This document shows, piece by piece, positions 62,894 through 64,000 of a DNA stretch of 64,000 nucleotides. Under the pieces are notes generated by a model. That model searched no databases. It had not been told where the DNA came from and saw only the letters and a list, made by a program, of their open reading frames with translations. The stretch comes from an uncultured delta proteobacterium (GTDB lineage: Bacteria; Desulfobacterota; Desulfomonilia; UBA1062). The stretch is taken from positions 64,001-128,000 of the forward strand of contig CAWAUM010000011.1 of assembly GCA_963785235.1 (NCBI GenBank). Direction: 5' to 3'. Position 1 is the stretch's first letter, and every line of letters begins with the position of its first letter. Both the position numbers and the translations under genes were made by a program.

Positions 62894-63065
62894 GCCATTC
62901 TGACAATCTTAGCAGTGCCCCTGAGGTCATTTTGTCATTTTGTACCCACCCACATCCTTGCAGGGAGCTTTTTTTGCCAAAATGACAATTCCAGGAAAGG
63001 CCATTACATGAATGTTTTATGATATCAATAAGTTATAAGTTGCCAGAACCTGGCACGCCCCTTGC
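62894..63065 (+). promoter_or_regulatory. sigma54 promoter with IHF site and candidate UAS, copy 2
   Basis: TGGCACGCCCCTTGC (63051-63065); TATCAATAAGTTA (63023-63035, WATCAANNNNTTR); GCCATTCTGAC, GTCATTTTGTC and GCCAAAATGAC boxes at 62894, 62926 and 62976. Confidence 0.82.
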
Positions 63066-63112
63066 CTTATATGAAGTAGAAAGAAAAAAAGAAACCCCAG
63101 GAGGGCAAGACA

Positions 63113-63289
63113 ATGATGACATTATGGATCGTAATCGGCGCACTGTTCATGACCGGCATAGGGATCAGGTTCACCTACAAGGTATTGGGACTCACCCCGG
63201 TAGAAGCAAGCGCGGTATTCGTCCTGGTGGTCGCCCTGGTAACCATCAACACCGGCCCGGCACGTGAGATCCTCATGAGCCTGTTCTAA
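63113..63289 (+). CDS. 58-aa 2-TM membrane microprotein (cassette gene 1, copy 2)
   Basis: MMTLWIVIGALFMTGIGIRFTYKVLGLTPVEASAVFVLVVALVTINTGPAREILMSLF; SD AGGAGG. Confidence 0.75.
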   Translation: MMTLWIVIGALFMTGIGIRFTYKVLGLTPVEASAVFVLVVALVTINTGPAREILMSLF

Positions 63290-63329
63290 GGCAGGACTCA
63301 GATAGAAAAAAAGGATAAGGAGGAAGGCC

Positions 63330-63569
63330 ATGAAGACAAAGAAAGAAAAGATCGAAAAGGCACTGGCCAACAGGCTCAGCAGGATAAGCGCATACAGCCT
63401 GGTGCTCGTTATGATGACCTTCCTCGGACTCTACGGCGGCATGTATCTGGACAGGGTTCTCGGCATGGCACCCAACTTCACGATGGTAGGACTGGTGGCC
63501 GGCATAGCACTGGGCTTCAAGGGGTTCATCGAAGAGGTCGTGATCGAGAGAAAGGTAAAGAGGGCATAG
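63330..63569 (+). CDS. AtpZ/AtpI-family 2-TM protein, copy 2
   Basis: GLYGGMYLDRVLGMAPNFTMVGLVAGI; paralog of 11217-11459. Confidence 0.72.
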   Translation: MKTKKEKIEKALANRLSRISAYSLVLVMMTFLGLYGGMYLDRVLGMAPNFTMVGLVAGIALGFKGFIEEVVIERKVKRA

Positions 63570-63571
63570 CC

Positions 63572-63676
63572 ATGACAGTCATCTTTGTAATTGTTGGCTT
63601 CACGGCATTCCTGGCCCTGACTGCACGGTTCGTGAAACGCGCAGGGCATGCTGCCAGGGCAGCGCAGATCCGGTAA
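63572..63676 (+). CDS. 34-aa single-TM microprotein (cassette gene 3, copy 2)
   Basis: MTVIFVIVGFTAFLALTARFVKRAGHAARAAQIR; same length as copy 1. Confidence 0.6.
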   Translation: MTVIFVIVGFTAFLALTARFVKRAGHAARAAQIR

Positions 63677-63728
63677 TCGAACAGGCCTCCAGCGAACTTC
63701 CTCCCCGGGAACGATCCATATCACACAC

Positions 63729-63756
63729 CACGGCCCCGAAAGGGTCGTGTTTTTTT
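63729..63756 (+). terminator. intrinsic terminator of cassette copy 2
   Basis: CACGGCCC-CGAAA-GGGTCGTG-TTTTTTT. Confidence 0.7.
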
Positions 63757-63857
63757 ATTCAACTGATTATCCTGCGAGAAGCAACGGGCCGCCTTGAGGG
63801 CGACCCGCATTCGTGATGTAGGCTGCCGGATTGTAACCCGGCTTTCTTGAGTATCGA

Positions 63858-64000
63858 CTAGGACTGGTATCTGACCCTGCGGTTGTTCAACTCATCTTTG
63901 GCCTTTGTGTAGTCCGTGAACATCCGTGCAAAGCACAATCCCATGCCCAGCACAAACAAACCAAGCATGAAGGTCGGTTCCGTATTGAACTTCACATCGA
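63858..64000 (-). CDS. third AtpZ/AtpI-like protein, 3' part (start lies beyond the window)
   Basis: ...DVKFNTEPTFMLGLFVLGMGLCFARMFTDYTKAKDELNNRRVRYQS* fits the DxxFxTxPxFxL pattern. Confidence 0.55.
   Translation of the reverse strand, partial: DVKFNTEPTFMLGLFVLGMGLCFARMFTDYTKAKDELNNRRVRYQS

Overview
A 64 kb, fairly GC-rich bacterial chromosomal segment. Gene content and style suggest an anaerobic deltaproteobacterium (Desulfobacterota-like); this is an inference. The window holds (i) an acyl-CoA/lipid degradation cluster: a condensing-enzyme/DUF35 fusion, a thiolase, a MaoC pair, an SDR, a CrtI-like oxidoreductase and an FNR/2Fe-2S reductase; (ii) an accessory patch with Fic, a Fic remnant with a VbhA-like antitoxin, an AAA+/DUF4143 ATPase and a RAYT; (iii) housekeeping genes (ssb, rph, rdgB, archease-rtcB, rplY, greA, rmuC, ftsEX-envC-ctpA, hflX, serS, rarA, tRNA-Ser, tRNA-fMet); (iv) an AT-rich island after tRNA-Ser carrying a recombinase remnant and a lox-like site; (v) LemA/HtpX, a sigma54 two-component system, an htpX controlled by a yybP-ykoY riboswitch, rubrerythrin and a P-type ATPase. 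The most striking unexplained structure is a three-gene small-membrane-protein cassette (58 aa, AtpZ/AtpI-like 80 aa, 34 aa) with a full sigma54/IHF/UAS promoter. It occurs in two diverged copies about 52 kb apart, with a third AtpZ-like gene at the window edge. Also notable are a probable ATT start for hflX, a sigma32-like promoter plus Mn riboswitch on htpX, and a greA leader terminator. About a dozen single-base frameshifts, including one in the essential serS, look like sequencing or assembly indel errors rather than pseudogenes.
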